The translations under genes and the position numbers were made by a program. A DNA stretch of 32,921 bases, taken from IMG/VR virus record IMGVR_UViG_3300040735_000077, positions 1 through 32,921 of that record. The stretch is one strand, 5' to 3'. Below, piece after piece: positions 8,372 to 18,988 of this stretch (position 1 is the stretch's first letter; every line of letters begins with the position of its first letter). The notes below the pieces were generated by a model that did not search any database, was not told the DNA's origin, and worked only from the letters and a program-made list of their open reading frames with translations. The stretch is from a virus (lineage: Duplodnaviria; Caudoviricetes).

Positions 8372-9249
8372 TGAACTATTATAATAATCTGATGCTTGAG
8401 TATTACCGGGTTCTCAACAATGCCTGGAAAACAGAGATTAGAGATGCGACCCGACTTGCCATACAGACGCTGAGTGATATGCCAAGAGCCGAGAAGATCA
8501 GCAAGGACTCCATAGATAAGCTTATGAGCATCATCAATACTCAGTTGGGAGATGACTTCGCAGCACTGGTCAATGAGCCCACCAAGGCGATAATAGACCG
8601 CTGTGTGCGGCTCGGACTGAGGGACACCCAAGTGCAAGCCCCAACTAAAACCAGCATCGGGCTCTGGGGCATTGAAGATCAGCATCTCTCCTCCACCATT
8701 CAGAAACAACAGTTGTTCTGGATTGGGAATCACTTTGAAGCGGATGTCAGGCAGAACTTCGCAGATACGCTTTCCAAAGCAATCGAGCAGGGAAATACCA
8801 AAGAGATGCTTGCCTATACTCTCAAAGACCAGTTCAATGATCTTGCCAATCGATCATCCAGCTACTGGCAGGGACTGGCAGAGCATACTTCTCTCAGAAT
8901 CCGAGAGTTCGGCAGGTTACAAGGCTACAAGAAAGCCAAAGCCAGATACTACAAGCTTGTGGTGATCCTGGATGATCGCACCAGTGACATCTGCCGGGCA
9001 TTGGCTGCCCAGGATAAGATATACCCCCTAAACGATGCCCTAGAGGTCATGGATAATCTCATGGCACTGGACACCAAGTCCAATAGCCTGGATGATGCCC
9101 GGGAATACATCAAAGCCCTTGCACCCTGGGTAAAAGACGACCAGATCGAATACGATTCAGAGATGAATCCAGTCGGGGTCTCCGGAGCGCATACACCGTT
9201 CCCGCCATTTCATTGGAAGTGCAGGACTACTACTATGATAATCAGTTAG
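8371..9249 (+). CDS. Mu gpF/SPP1 gp7-like head morphogenesis protein
   Basis: LDDRTSDICRAL and PPFHWKCRT motifs; TAATG coupling with terL. Confidence 0.88.
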   Translation: MNYYNNLMLEYYRVLNNAWKTEIRDATRLAIQTLSDMPRAEKISKDSIDKLMSIINTQLGDDFAALVNEPTKAIIDRCVRLGLRDTQVQAPTKTSIGLWGIEDQHLSSTIQKQQLFWIGNHFEADVRQNFADTLSKAIEQGNTKEMLAYTLKDQFNDLANRSSSYWQGLAEHTSLRIREFGRLQGYKKAKARYYKLVVILDDRTSDICRALAAQDKIYPLNDALEVMDNLMALDTKSNSLDDAREYIKALAPWVKDDQIEYDSEMNPVGVSGAHTPFPPFHWKCRTTTMIIS

Positions 9250-11641
9250 ATACCCTTCTTTTGGGTATAGCTGCTCTTTTCTTTTGTTTTTCCTCTATAT
9301 GGCTCAACTGGTTAAAAATATTATGTTCAATCGTCTCCATGAAACGAGTGTTAGTAAACTCGTAGTATGCGTATTCTGGATTGGCTAGGTGTTCCTCATC
9401 TTCCTCTTTACGAAGATATTGGACAAACCTCCTTGTTTTATTCATTCTAACTGCTAGATCAAGAATAGGCGTAGTCTTAATAACATAATTATACAATGTG
9501 TTATCACTTATTGGAGTGCTCAGAGATATTAGATCTTGATATACAAACTGGTGAATTAGGTACCGCAGGTAGAACTTTCCCATAATCGTTATCTTTACGA
9601 ATGATGCATTTCGGACTTCTTCTTGAGAAAGAGAATCTAGCTCAGTTAAGTTATACTCGACCAATCTCCCCAGACATGAGAATACAACATCTTTACTTAT
9701 TAGCACTTCATCTGCTGCATTAATAATCTCATTAATATCAACGTAGCCTCTTACATGCAGAGCGGATTTCCTGTTTTCTCGATCTTGCAGATATTTAAGA
9801 ATTCTGAGGGAATTAAAATGCGACTCAGATATTGTAATATCAAAGTCGAATATATTTAAAACTTTGCTATTAGCATCGCTAAAGTACCTGTCATTCCCAA
9901 GCATAATGGACTTGATCATCTGGTGAGAAGATATCTGGTATTGGCATCCTATTTGGTTCTCAACAACATTAAAAATGTTCTGTACATCCGTATTCCCTGA
10001 TTGTATAAATCCACAAAACATCTCCAATGCAGACCGCATATTGCCGCATGATACATTATCAAGTATTCTTATGATTTCCTTGGATTGATTATTCGATTTA
10101 TCAAGCGATTTTAACAAAATATCAAAGTACAGCTCTAGTTTCTTGCGTGTATCGTCATCATACCTAAAACACGATCGGTCTGGTAACGATTTCTGATAGT
10201 TTTCATCAAGGACTGATAACGTATAACTAATTCTTTCTTTAAGCATACTCAACATGTTTGGTGATGGTATATGAAACTTGGGTATGTTAAAAGCATCGAA
10301 TACGCCGATTCTCATTGATTGCATAAAGGTCTCTTCCCTCAACGATACAATAACAATAATATCAAGAGCTTCCATTATGCTGTTAGATATTAAAAACAAG
10401 CTCTCTTGGTAAACTCGCGGATGCTGGTCTACATTATCAACAACTAGAACTACTGAGTAATTATTCTCCTTTAATATGGTTATTAATGAGCGAACCTTAA
10501 TAACCGATTCAGGGGTTGGTTCTATCATGTTGTTTATGCTCTCTAGTTGATGTGTTTTTGCCTTGTAATCTGATTCCCAAATACTCATTATCGTATCGCT
10601 AATGAATTTCTCTATGATGTCCGTGTTTATGGATGCTTTTCGGAAATCAATGATGAAATGAATTACTTGAGTATTATCTCCAAGAAGTATCTTGAAGTAT
10701 CTGTGTAAGAATGTGCTTTTACCCGCCCCAATACCTCCCATCAGTAGGAGAATGTGACTTCCTGAGTAGCGATAGGTTAACTCGCTAATTTTTTTGCCAA
10801 AAGATCCTGCATCGTCTTTTTTATCTACAACTTCCTGGATTGGGAATTGGTTTGCTACTATTGGTGTAGTGTCCACGAACAATCCATCTAGTTCGTCTAC
10901 AAGCTCCTTGGTAGCTTTCTGGGTTATATAGCATCTTTGTAATATAGCAACCTGCGCATTGTCCAACAATTCGGAGAAAATAAACCGAGCTAACGGATTT
11001 ATGAAGGTGTACAGAGGATTCCGTGCCCATTTAGCATCTGCATCGTGAATGTTATTGAGAGCAATTCTGAAAGACTTCTCTGTTCTATTTTGATCAAGAT
11101 GCTTTGCTAAATTACCTGAAGCTACGTTCTCACGATAGAATAGGTTAAAAAAGTACGAGTAGTTATCAATTATATCCTGATATGAGTGAAAGCATATTGC
11201 TTCACCGCTACGCCAGGATTTTCCAATCGTTATTGCTGAGAAGACAATAAACTGATAACCATTAGTCACAATACAGTGCTTACATCCTATATCTATGCAA
11301 TATGATTGAACTTGGATGATTGCCTTGTATAGAGGCTCAATTTTCGCTATGACGCCGTCCAGCTTATACTTTCTATGACTATGACCACTTGGCAAGTCAA
11401 AGTATACTCCGCTTTTTTTAGCTTCGATCACCAGGCGTGTCGCATTACCGATACGCAGTTGATAGTCCGTATAACCACAATTTACATGATCTTCCCTCTT
11501 GATATCATTTTCAGACCATTTCAAGCACTCTTTGAGTATTCTATCGATGATTTTAACTCGAGTATCTGTTTCACTGAAATCAATTCCGGAGAATTCATTT
11601 CTGATATCTACAAACTTTTGTAATGATACATCTGGATGCAT
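9242..11641 (-). CDS. PD-(D/E)XK nuclease (HsdR-N-like) / P-loop NTPase / wHTH fusion protein
   Basis: N-terminal SETDTR..YTDYQL..VIEAKK..QVQSY..VTNG; Walker A GGIGAGKST; Walker B VLVVDNVD; CGNMRSAL; C-terminal wHTH-like segment (LGRLVEYNL..ITIMGKFYL). ATG 11641 preferred over GTG 11665. Confidence 0.8.
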   Translation of the reverse strand: MHPDVSLQKFVDIRNEFSGIDFSETDTRVKIIDRILKECLKWSENDIKREDHVNCGYTDYQLRIGNATRLVIEAKKSGVYFDLPSGHSHRKYKLDGVIAKIEPLYKAIIQVQSYCIDIGCKHCIVTNGYQFIVFSAITIGKSWRSGEAICFHSYQDIIDNYSYFFNLFYRENVASGNLAKHLDQNRTEKSFRIALNNIHDADAKWARNPLYTFINPLARFIFSELLDNAQVAILQRCYITQKATKELVDELDGLFVDTTPIVANQFPIQEVVDKKDDAGSFGKKISELTYRYSGSHILLLMGGIGAGKSTFLHRYFKILLGDNTQVIHFIIDFRKASINTDIIEKFISDTIMSIWESDYKAKTHQLESINNMIEPTPESVIKVRSLITILKENNYSVVLVVDNVDQHPRVYQESLFLISNSIMEALDIIVIVSLREETFMQSMRIGVFDAFNIPKFHIPSPNMLSMLKERISYTLSVLDENYQKSLPDRSCFRYDDDTRKKLELYFDILLKSLDKSNNQSKEIIRILDNVSCGNMRSALEMFCGFIQSGNTDVQNIFNVVENQIGCQYQISSHQMIKSIMLGNDRYFSDANSKVLNIFDFDITISESHFNSLRILKYLQDRENRKSALHVRGYVDINEIINAADEVLISKDVVFSCLGRLVEYNLTELDSLSQEEVRNASFVKITIMGKFYLRYLIHQFVYQDLISLSTPISDNTLYNYVIKTTPILDLAVRMNKTRRFVQYLRKEEDEEHLANPEYAYYEFTNTRFMETIEHNIFNQLSHIEEKQKKRAAIPKRRVSN

Positions 11642-11652
11642 GTCTACCTTCT

Positions 11653-12369
11653 TTAGTACTCCCACTCCTCATGGCTGAGCGGTAGTTTATTTAACCTCTC
11701 CTTTCGAACTCTCCAGTCCGGAAGGTACCTATCCATTAAAGATTTAAATCTGTCATTGTGATGCTTCTCAAGCAGATGCATCAATTCATGGACGATAATA
11801 TACTCCAAGCAGTCATCTGGCTTTTTAGCAAGTTCCAGATTGATCCAAATCCTCTTGGCTACTATATTACAGGTGCCCCATTTGGTTTTCATTTGCTTCA
11901 CTGCCCACTCATTTATTTGTACACCTATCGCTTCCTGCCAACTGATGATTAGTGGCTCAATACGGGCCTTCAGTCTGGCTCTATACCATTCCTGAATCAT
12001 CAGTGGGCGATGCCAATTAGGAGTACCTGGCTTTTCGTACAGATCGATGTAGGTTTTACCTCGCAGCTTGATCTGGTTGATGCTTGCATCAGTTATGACA
12101 TTCAATAAGTATCTCTTTCCTTCCAGATAATGGCTCTCTCCTGTCACATAGTCTCTGTTGGACAATCGATCTGCCTGTTCGAATTTGGTTATCTGCTTTT
12201 TTATCCAGCTCAGTTTCGATACTATATGCAGCCGGATAGTCTCATCATCAAGTTGCTTGGGGACAGCTATCCTGATTCTGCCATTGGGAGGATATACAGC
12301 CAGATGCAGATTCTTGATGTCCTTTTTTACTACGTCAATTGTATATTGTCCAACCGTAATCTGGTGCAT
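11653..12369 (-). CDS. YgjP/DUF45 (M48-like) zinc metallopeptidase-family protein
   Basis: KQMKTKWGTC and YIIVHELMHL (HExxH) HHNDRF; usual position downstream of hsdR. Confidence 0.9.
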   Translation of the reverse strand: MHQITVGQYTIDVVKKDIKNLHLAVYPPNGRIRIAVPKQLDDETIRLHIVSKLSWIKKQITKFEQADRLSNRDYVTGESHYLEGKRYLLNVITDASINQIKLRGKTYIDLYEKPGTPNWHRPLMIQEWYRARLKARIEPLIISWQEAIGVQINEWAVKQMKTKWGTCNIVAKRIWINLELAKKPDDCLEYIIVHELMHLLEKHHNDRFKSLMDRYLPDWRVRKERLNKLPLSHEEWEY

Positions 12370-12370
12370 C

Positions 12371-15300
12371 CTAATACTCTGATTGGTTTTTTACGAGTTC
12401 AAAGATTCGCTCTACTTCGTTTTCAGTCTTTACCACTGATAGAATGGCTTTTTTTATCTCCCTCTCTTTTTGCAGGTTACCACGCCAATCAGCTTTTTTT
12501 GTCTTTATAATTATCTCATCCAATGCCAAAGCCAGTACTTCATTCTGGTTGAGATTGTCATATAACGCTCGTTTTGCTTTGGTATTAAGATTTGGAGTGT
12601 ATCTTGAAGAAGTATCTGGTTTACGAACCACTTTGGTAAGATCAATGATCTTTTGCAGATACTCTTGATAACGTAAAGCCTGTGCCTTTCTCTGCTTGAT
12701 AATCTCATCCAACAGCTTGGACATCAGTTCGAAATAGATCGGATTGCCGGGCATTTCGTCAATGATCAGTTTCCTGACGTTGTTCTCTATAGTCTCTGCT
12801 GTAGCTTCTTCACTGTTTTTAATTGAATCAGGCAAGTCATTGATAGCCTCAGGACCCTTCTGGATAATCAGATCAACCAGTCCCAGGTCATCAAAAGCCG
12901 ATATCTTGACCGAATCCTCAGCCTGGATGTAGGTATCGATCAGATGTCGCATGGCTGGTTCATACATCTTTAGATCGATATAATCCCCGCTGGCAAGCTT
13001 GATGACCATCCTTAAGCGTTCGTAAAAAGCCACATCATTAGCAATCTGTTCAGCTTCCTTATCAGAGAATCCTGCCTCTGTCATTTCTCCGACAATTTCG
13101 GCATAAGCTCTCACCAGTGAAGCAGTGGTTTTGTAAAGCAGCAGTCGTTTTTGTTCGTTATCTTCAAGGTCTTTTTCATTCTCGGTATTACCGCAGAAAT
13201 AACGAATATAGTCCTTTTCATCTTTGGGCGGTAGCACTGGCTCGCACAAAGCTATGATGCTTTCCAAGACCTCTTCCAAGTGCTCTTTGGCTTTAGTGAG
13301 GCGATCGGTTAGTAAACCGCTAACATCTTCGGGCTCATATTTGTCAAACGCACCTGAGGTGTAGTCTGTCACTGCCTTATTCAAGCTTCTAAATAGGTCT
13401 TTATAATCTATAATAAACCCATATTCCTTGTCTTCTTCATCAATCCGGTTGACTCTGCAGATAGCCTGAAATAAGCCATGATCTTGCATAAACTTGTCTA
13501 TGTAAAGATATGTGGCACTGGGAGCATCAAAGCCTGTAAGCAGTTTATCCACTACAATAAGAAGCTTCATTTGCCCCGGTTCTTCAATAAAACGTTTCTT
13601 TGTCTCTTCCTCAAATGCTTCCACCGATTTCCCTGCCAGCATGTCTTTGTAAACCTGATATTTTAGCAAATCATCTGGAATGTCATCATCTCCGGAATCC
13701 TGTTTTTTGATATTGCTGATATCCGGCACATAGGATGTAACGATAGCGCACTTGCGAAAGCCACGATCCATAAAAAGCTGATAATACTTGCAGGATTCAT
13801 AGATCGAACCAGCCACCAGCATAGCATTGCCTCTTCCGCTTGCCAGACGGTCTTTTATCTCCATGTCAAGCAGGATATCCGCTACAATCTTTTCCAGACG
13901 AGTGCGAGAGCTTAATACTCTCTGCATTGTGCCCCACTTGCGCTTGAGATCTGCTTTCGCCAATGGCTTCAGTCCTTTGGTCTTTGCTTCAAACCACTGA
14001 TCGATCTTGTCTTCTGAGGTAATGTTCTGGTCTATGTCTCTGGCTTCATAGCGCAGGTCCACAATAGCTTTGTCGAGGACAGCTTCATCGAATTTGTAAG
14101 TGTCGATATACTTACCAAACACTTCCAATGTGGTCTTTTTGTCTGTTCTCAGCAAAGGTGTCCCAGTAAAGCCGATAAACATCGCATCCGGCAGAATAGC
14201 TTTCATGGCTTTATGCAAATCTCCGGACTGGGTACGATGGCACTCATCCACAAATATATGAAGGTTACCCTTTGCCTTGAATCCAGATTGGACGCTGCTG
14301 ACTAGATCATCGATGTAGGCTTGCCAATCACCCTCGTCTTTGTTTCTGAACTTGTGTATCAAAGAGCAGATAAGCCAATCCTCGGTTAGGTTTAATCTGT
14401 TTATCAGATCAGCACCGCTTTTTGTGCGGACAATTTTTTCATCCACTCCCTTAAATACTTTTTCTATCTGCTTATCCAGCTCATCTCGATCCGTGATGAT
14501 CAACACCCGGGAATCAGTTACATGTTCCCTGATCCATTTAGCCAACCAGACCATGATCAAGCTTTTACCACTGCCCTGGGTGTGCCAGATAATACCGCCC
14601 TCTTTTTTTTCAATACTCGTCTGAGCTGCTTTGACGGCATTGTATTGATTATGGCGGCAGAGCTTTTTGATCCCAGAGTCATAGACCACAAAGTCATGTA
14701 TCAGTTCCAGTAAGCGGTCTTTGGCAAACAAAGCCATGATATGGCTATCCAGAGATGACTCTTTCTCTCCTCTTTCTTTCCATTTCAGGTAATACTTTTC
14801 TTTGGTCTCGATCGTGCCATAACGTAAACCTTCGCTGTCATTACCCGCCGTCACCAGCTGCAATGTGGAGAAAAACTGTTGGATAAACTCCGGTTTCTGG
14901 CTGTCGATATTCTGTCTGATGCCCTCGGCTACGGATACTGTGCTGCGCTTCAGTTCAATAACACCAAGGACCATACCATTGATGTAGATCACAAGGTCTG
15001 GACGTTTATTGTGCTCTCCCGAAACGCTTACTTCTTCAGCAATTGCAAAATGGTTATTTTTTGGATGCTGCCAGTCGATTAGTTTCACTGTAATGCTGTT
15101 TGCACTCAAATCAGGCTTGACCTTCAATCCATATCGCAGAAGTCCGTAAACTTCTTTGTTAATATCATATAGGCTCTTGTTTTGGGTATAAGCAACTCGT
15201 TTAAGTTCGAACACAGCCTTCTTGATGATATCTTCAGAATAACCACTCTTAGTTAGAAAAGGACTGAGATAGATCTCCTCGATTGCTTGATTATCTTCTC

Positions 15301-15400
15301 TATCCTGCCAATTCCCTAGATATTCGTAATGAAGCTGATCCTGAAACAGATTAATTATCCTGTTCTGGGTCTTTCTTTCAGTATGACCTACATCGCTCAT
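12371..15400 (-). CDS. hsdR: Type I restriction enzyme R subunit
   Basis: Nuclease RPDLV..IELKR; HTQGSGKS, VDECHR, FTGTP, LLTGFDAP and QAICRVNR helicase motifs. Start moved to ATG 15400 (ATGA overlap with hsdS). Confidence 0.96.
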   Translation of the reverse strand: MSDVGHTERKTQNRIINLFQDQLHYEYLGNWQDREDNQAIEEIYLSPFLTKSGYSEDIIKKAVFELKRVAYTQNKSLYDINKEVYGLLRYGLKVKPDLSANSITVKLIDWQHPKNNHFAIAEEVSVSGEHNKRPDLVIYINGMVLGVIELKRSTVSVAEGIRQNIDSQKPEFIQQFFSTLQLVTAGNDSEGLRYGTIETKEKYYLKWKERGEKESSLDSHIMALFAKDRLLELIHDFVVYDSGIKKLCRHNQYNAVKAAQTSIEKKEGGIIWHTQGSGKSLIMVWLAKWIREHVTDSRVLIITDRDELDKQIEKVFKGVDEKIVRTKSGADLINRLNLTEDWLICSLIHKFRNKDEGDWQAYIDDLVSSVQSGFKAKGNLHIFVDECHRTQSGDLHKAMKAILPDAMFIGFTGTPLLRTDKKTTLEVFGKYIDTYKFDEAVLDKAIVDLRYEARDIDQNITSEDKIDQWFEAKTKGLKPLAKADLKRKWGTMQRVLSSRTRLEKIVADILLDMEIKDRLASGRGNAMLVAGSIYESCKYYQLFMDRGFRKCAIVTSYVPDISNIKKQDSGDDDIPDDLLKYQVYKDMLAGKSVEAFEEETKKRFIEEPGQMKLLIVVDKLLTGFDAPSATYLYIDKFMQDHGLFQAICRVNRIDEEDKEYGFIIDYKDLFRSLNKAVTDYTSGAFDKYEPEDVSGLLTDRLTKAKEHLEEVLESIIALCEPVLPPKDEKDYIRYFCGNTENEKDLEDNEQKRLLLYKTTASLVRAYAEIVGEMTEAGFSDKEAEQIANDVAFYERLRMVIKLASGDYIDLKMYEPAMRHLIDTYIQAEDSVKISAFDDLGLVDLIIQKGPEAINDLPDSIKNSEEATAETIENNVRKLIIDEMPGNPIYFELMSKLLDEIIKQRKAQALRYQEYLQKIIDLTKVVRKPDTSSRYTPNLNTKAKRALYDNLNQNEVLALALDEIIIKTKKADWRGNLQKEREIKKAILSVVKTENEVERIFELVKNQSEY

Positions 15401-16527
15401 AGTAACCTTATCCTCCCTGTCAGGAGCTCTTGCATCATGCCGTCTTTCAAATTCTTGCACTTTTCTAACTGAAGTGAAAGTGCCCCAATTTCACAATCCA
15501 TGTCATCAAGAACATTTACAATAGCGCTTATCTCACTTTGCTCTCGGGGTGTGTTTATAAGTAAGTCAGTCAGATCACCAATCTTTATATATGGTATCGA
15601 TGACCCAATTTTGTTTTCATTAAGAGCAGGGATCAAGCTGTAGTTTAAGTAGTGCACAAGGTACTTGGCAGGTATGCCAAATCCGCTCAACACATAGGTT
15701 CTTTGATAAGCCTCAAACTTTCCCTTGTAATAATGCAGTGTCCCGACATCACCATTCCCTGCGATAAGAATGGCTTCTGAATCAAAGCTGTATTGGTCAG
15801 AAAACGTTATTGATCTCGAACATGTAAAAAATGGGTATTTACCATTGGGGTTTCCCTCATTCACATCTTTTCTACCTGTAGTTATGCACGAGCAGAGGGA
15901 ATTGAGTTTTTTTGTTTCCCAACCTTTATCAAATCCTTGTAAACGTCTTTTCCCTGTCAGCAGTTCCTGCATCACCCCTTGTTTGATGTTCTTTTTCTTA
16001 TCAATTAGCTTCTCAAGAGAAGTGATGAGGGAGACGATGTCGGTTAGCATTCTGGAGATACTCTCTTGTTCTTCCTTTGGCGGTAAGGGGACAACAACCA
16101 GTCCAATCTGAGGAGATGTTAATTGTGGAACTCCAGTGCTCTCTTGTATGAAATTGACATATTGGTTTAGATATTCAGCGTAGAAAACGCCATTTACCTC
16201 TTTGTTGTGTGGATGTAAGGTTAATAATCTACCGATTGACACATAAGGGTGGTCTCTATAGACAGAATAGCCTAACTTTCCTCTTGCCGTTACTGTGATT
16301 GAATTATAATCATCAGTAAAATAATCAGCAAACCCATACAATCCCTTATTAGTTAATGCATTAGCATAAATAGGATACCTGAATTCATCGTTTTCATACA
16401 ATGAGGAGTGCTTCGGTTGGTAATCACCACCAGCTCTTATATCAAACATATCTTTTAACTGCTTTATTCTCCAATCATCGGGAATAACTCCAATCTCTGT
16501 TAGTTTGTAACCTGGCTTCACTTCCAT
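15397..16527 (-). CDS. hsdS: Type I R-M specificity subunit
   Basis: Two variable regions with conserved PLPPKEEQ..I and twice-repeated (K)xGxMQELLTG; N-terminal TEIGVIPDDW. Confidence 0.95.
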   Translation of the reverse strand: MEVKPGYKLTEIGVIPDDWRIKQLKDMFDIRAGGDYQPKHSSLYENDEFRYPIYANALTNKGLYGFADYFTDDYNSITVTARGKLGYSVYRDHPYVSIGRLLTLHPHNKEVNGVFYAEYLNQYVNFIQESTGVPQLTSPQIGLVVVPLPPKEEQESISRMLTDIVSLITSLEKLIDKKKNIKQGVMQELLTGKRRLQGFDKGWETKKLNSLCSCITTGRKDVNEGNPNGKYPFFTCSRSITFSDQYSFDSEAILIAGNGDVGTLHYYKGKFEAYQRTYVLSGFGIPAKYLVHYLNYSLIPALNENKIGSSIPYIKIGDLTDLLINTPREQSEISAIVNVLDDMDCEIGALSLQLEKCKNLKDGMMQELLTGRIRLL

Positions 16528-18905
16528 CTGAATCCCATCCTTTTCAGGTGTTCTTCAACTTTGTCTGTAAGCTCAGCAACCTCACTCTCAATCTCAGGCA
16601 AGGGCTGGGCATATCTTTCAGCCAATTCCTTGATGCGAGCACTAAGCCTGTGCGAGATTATTTCCAAGGTAGATTGAACCTCTTTGGTAACTATAGCAAG
16701 CCATTTATCATCCACAGCTAAGTTCTTGATTTCCGGTTCTGTAAGGCTTGGATACTTCTTACTAACCTTTGTTTCGAGCTCTTTGTTCGCTTGTTTTAGT
16801 TTTGTCTTGATCTCCGCTTCTTCTTCCAAAAGGATTAGATATACCTTTAAGGCTTTCAGCTCATCCAGAGCTTCCTTATCGTGCTTGATTTCCTTAATTC
16901 TATCGTTCATTGAAGCCTTGGTCAGTTTGCCTTTATCATTCCTGGCTTCATCAAACAGGTCTCTATCCTCAGTCTGTTCTTCTTCCAGATCTTCCATCTG
17001 TCTGGCAACGGCTTCCTTCTGCTCTTCAAGCGCATCTATGGCATCTTGTTCTCTTTGAAAGTATCTCTTGATAATCAGTTCCGCGGGGAGCAGTTCCTTA
17101 TCCGCTTTCCAGCCTTCTACAACTATCCGATAAATGTCATCCTGCATGGTATCTGCCCAATACTGCATCAGGATTTGATATATCTCGTAGCCATCCAGCA
17201 GTGGATTGGGTTTAAAGAGGGTGAGTAAATCCTCCGAAATCGCCTGTATGATAGCTTTTGGTTTATCACCAATCTTCACCAGCTTAAGTATAGTTGCAGA
17301 ATCCGAGGCCCAAATGGATAGTCTATCCATCCATCTCTTTTTGAATGTGTTGAATTGCTCATTATCCAGGATTCTGCGATTTAGGTCACTTTGCGGGATG
17401 TTCAGTTTTAGGTAACCTTCTCTGCCATAGGGAGCAAAGAGCTTGTTTCTTAGCTCTGGCATCACCATCCAATATCTATCCAAAGCATCAATATCCCTTA
17501 TGGGAATACCCCCCTTTAGATGTCCTTCGATATCCTGCAGGTCTTCCGGTTCGCTGGTGTCAATATAGCGGGGGATGTTGAGGTTATATTCGTTCTTCTC
17601 GATCTCTTCATATCTCACTCTACGTGAGTATTTATCAAACTCGGTGAACTTGGTAAAGACATCAACTATCTTGTGGATATCCTGCTCTCTCAGGCGATTT
17701 TTATTACCGTCTTTTACGTAGCCTTTGCTGGCATCGATGAAAAAGACAAAATCACGCTTGGGGTCTTGCTCTTTATCTATCACGATTATACAGGCAGGAA
17801 TACCAGTGCCATAAAAGAGATTGGCTGGTAAACCAATTATCCCTTTGATGTATTTACGCATCAGCAGATTCTTTCTAATCTCCGCTTCTGCACCACCCCT
17901 AAAAAGTACTCCATGAGGTAGGATGATGGCACCCTTGCCAGTGCTTTTGAGGCTTTTCACAAAATGCAGAAGGAAGGCATAATCTCCATTCTTATCAGGC
18001 GGTATCCCAAAACCATCAAATCTGTTGTATTTATCATTCTCCGGAGTAACTCCATCTCTCCAGTTTTTTACGGAGAAGTGAGGATTTGCTACACAGAAAT
18101 CAAATGCGGCAAGTGAACCGTCTGATTTCAAGAGCTTAGGTGTGGATAGTGTATTCCCCTGACGAATATCGGCAGTTGGTATTCCATGCAGGATCATGTT
18201 CATTTTTGCCAGTCCGGTCATGGAAATATCCATCTCCTGACCAAACACAGAGATATCGGCTGCAGCCTCGTAAGCTGCTTTGATCAAGAGCGAGCCGGAA
18301 CCGCAGGTAGGATCATAAACACTTTGATCTGCCCTGGTTGCATTGGAAATACCGATCACTTTACTCATGATTCTGGAGACTTCTGCGGGTGTATAGAACT
18401 GTCCCTTGCTTTTCCCGGATTGGACTGCGAAATTCTTCATCAGGTACTCGTAAGCATCGCCAAGCAAATCATCACCTTCTGCCCGGTTTTTGCTAAAATC
18501 GAGTTCTGGCTTCTCAAAAATGGCGATAAGCTTTGTAAGCTTATCAACCATTCCTTGTCCATCTCCAAGTTTAGTTTTATCGTTGAAATCGGTTATATCA
18601 ATAACACCTTTTAGTCCATTCGCTTCTGCTAAACGTCCTATGATCTTGTTGAACTGATCGCCTATATCAGTCTTGCCTTTATGATACACCATATCCGCAA
18701 AACTGCCTCCCTTCCCAAGTTCTCCCCCTTTGGGAATGACAATCTCAGAATACGGGGATGATTCTTTGCCATATTTATCGGAAACGTATTTAACAAATAA
18801 CAGGACAAGGACGTAATCTTTATACTGGGACGCATCCATCCCTCCCCGCAGTTGATCGCAAGCTTGCCAGATCGAGCTGTATAGTTCGCTTTTCTTGAGC
18901 GCCAT
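16518..18905 (-). CDS. hsdM: Type I R-M methyltransferase subunit (long form); motif IV reads NPHF
   Basis: LRGGMDASQYKDY, GQFYTP, YDPTCGSGSLL, ILPHGVLFRG and YNLNIPRY; AAGGAG RBS. Confidence 0.95.
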   Translation of the reverse strand: MALKKSELYSSIWQACDQLRGGMDASQYKDYVLVLLFVKYVSDKYGKESSPYSEIVIPKGGELGKGGSFADMVYHKGKTDIGDQFNKIIGRLAEANGLKGVIDITDFNDKTKLGDGQGMVDKLTKLIAIFEKPELDFSKNRAEGDDLLGDAYEYLMKNFAVQSGKSKGQFYTPAEVSRIMSKVIGISNATRADQSVYDPTCGSGSLLIKAAYEAAADISVFGQEMDISMTGLAKMNMILHGIPTADIRQGNTLSTPKLLKSDGSLAAFDFCVANPHFSVKNWRDGVTPENDKYNRFDGFGIPPDKNGDYAFLLHFVKSLKSTGKGAIILPHGVLFRGGAEAEIRKNLLMRKYIKGIIGLPANLFYGTGIPACIIVIDKEQDPKRDFVFFIDASKGYVKDGNKNRLREQDIHKIVDVFTKFTEFDKYSRRVRYEEIEKNEYNLNIPRYIDTSEPEDLQDIEGHLKGGIPIRDIDALDRYWMVMPELRNKLFAPYGREGYLKLNIPQSDLNRRILDNEQFNTFKKRWMDRLSIWASDSATILKLVKIGDKPKAIIQAISEDLLTLFKPNPLLDGYEIYQILMQYWADTMQDDIYRIVVEGWKADKELLPAELIIKRYFQREQDAIDALEEQKEAVARQMEDLEEEQTEDRDLFDEARNDKGKLTKASMNDRIKEIKHDKEALDELKALKVYLILLEEEAEIKTKLKQANKELETKVSKKYPSLTEPEIKNLAVDDKWLAIVTKEVQSTLEIISHRLSARIKELAERYAQPLPEIESEVAELTDKVEEHLKRMGFRWK

Positions 18906-18957
18906 ATGAGTAAAATCTCCTTGTAGCAGTTACCATTTAGACCATTTTGATTAATTA

Positions 18958-18988
18958 TTCATATCTCTGGTTCGACGATATCTGTCAA
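18958..18988 (-). promoter_or_regulatory. Possible promoter of the hsd cassette
   Basis: Consensus TTGACA on the - strand (18988-18983); only a weak -10 (GATATG or TATGAA) at 17-19 nt. Confidence 0.4.

Noticed and set aside
15397-16527. Phase-variable or shufflon hsdS
   Set aside because: There is a single hsdS with no silent TRDs, recombinase, long inverted repeats or long simple repeat.
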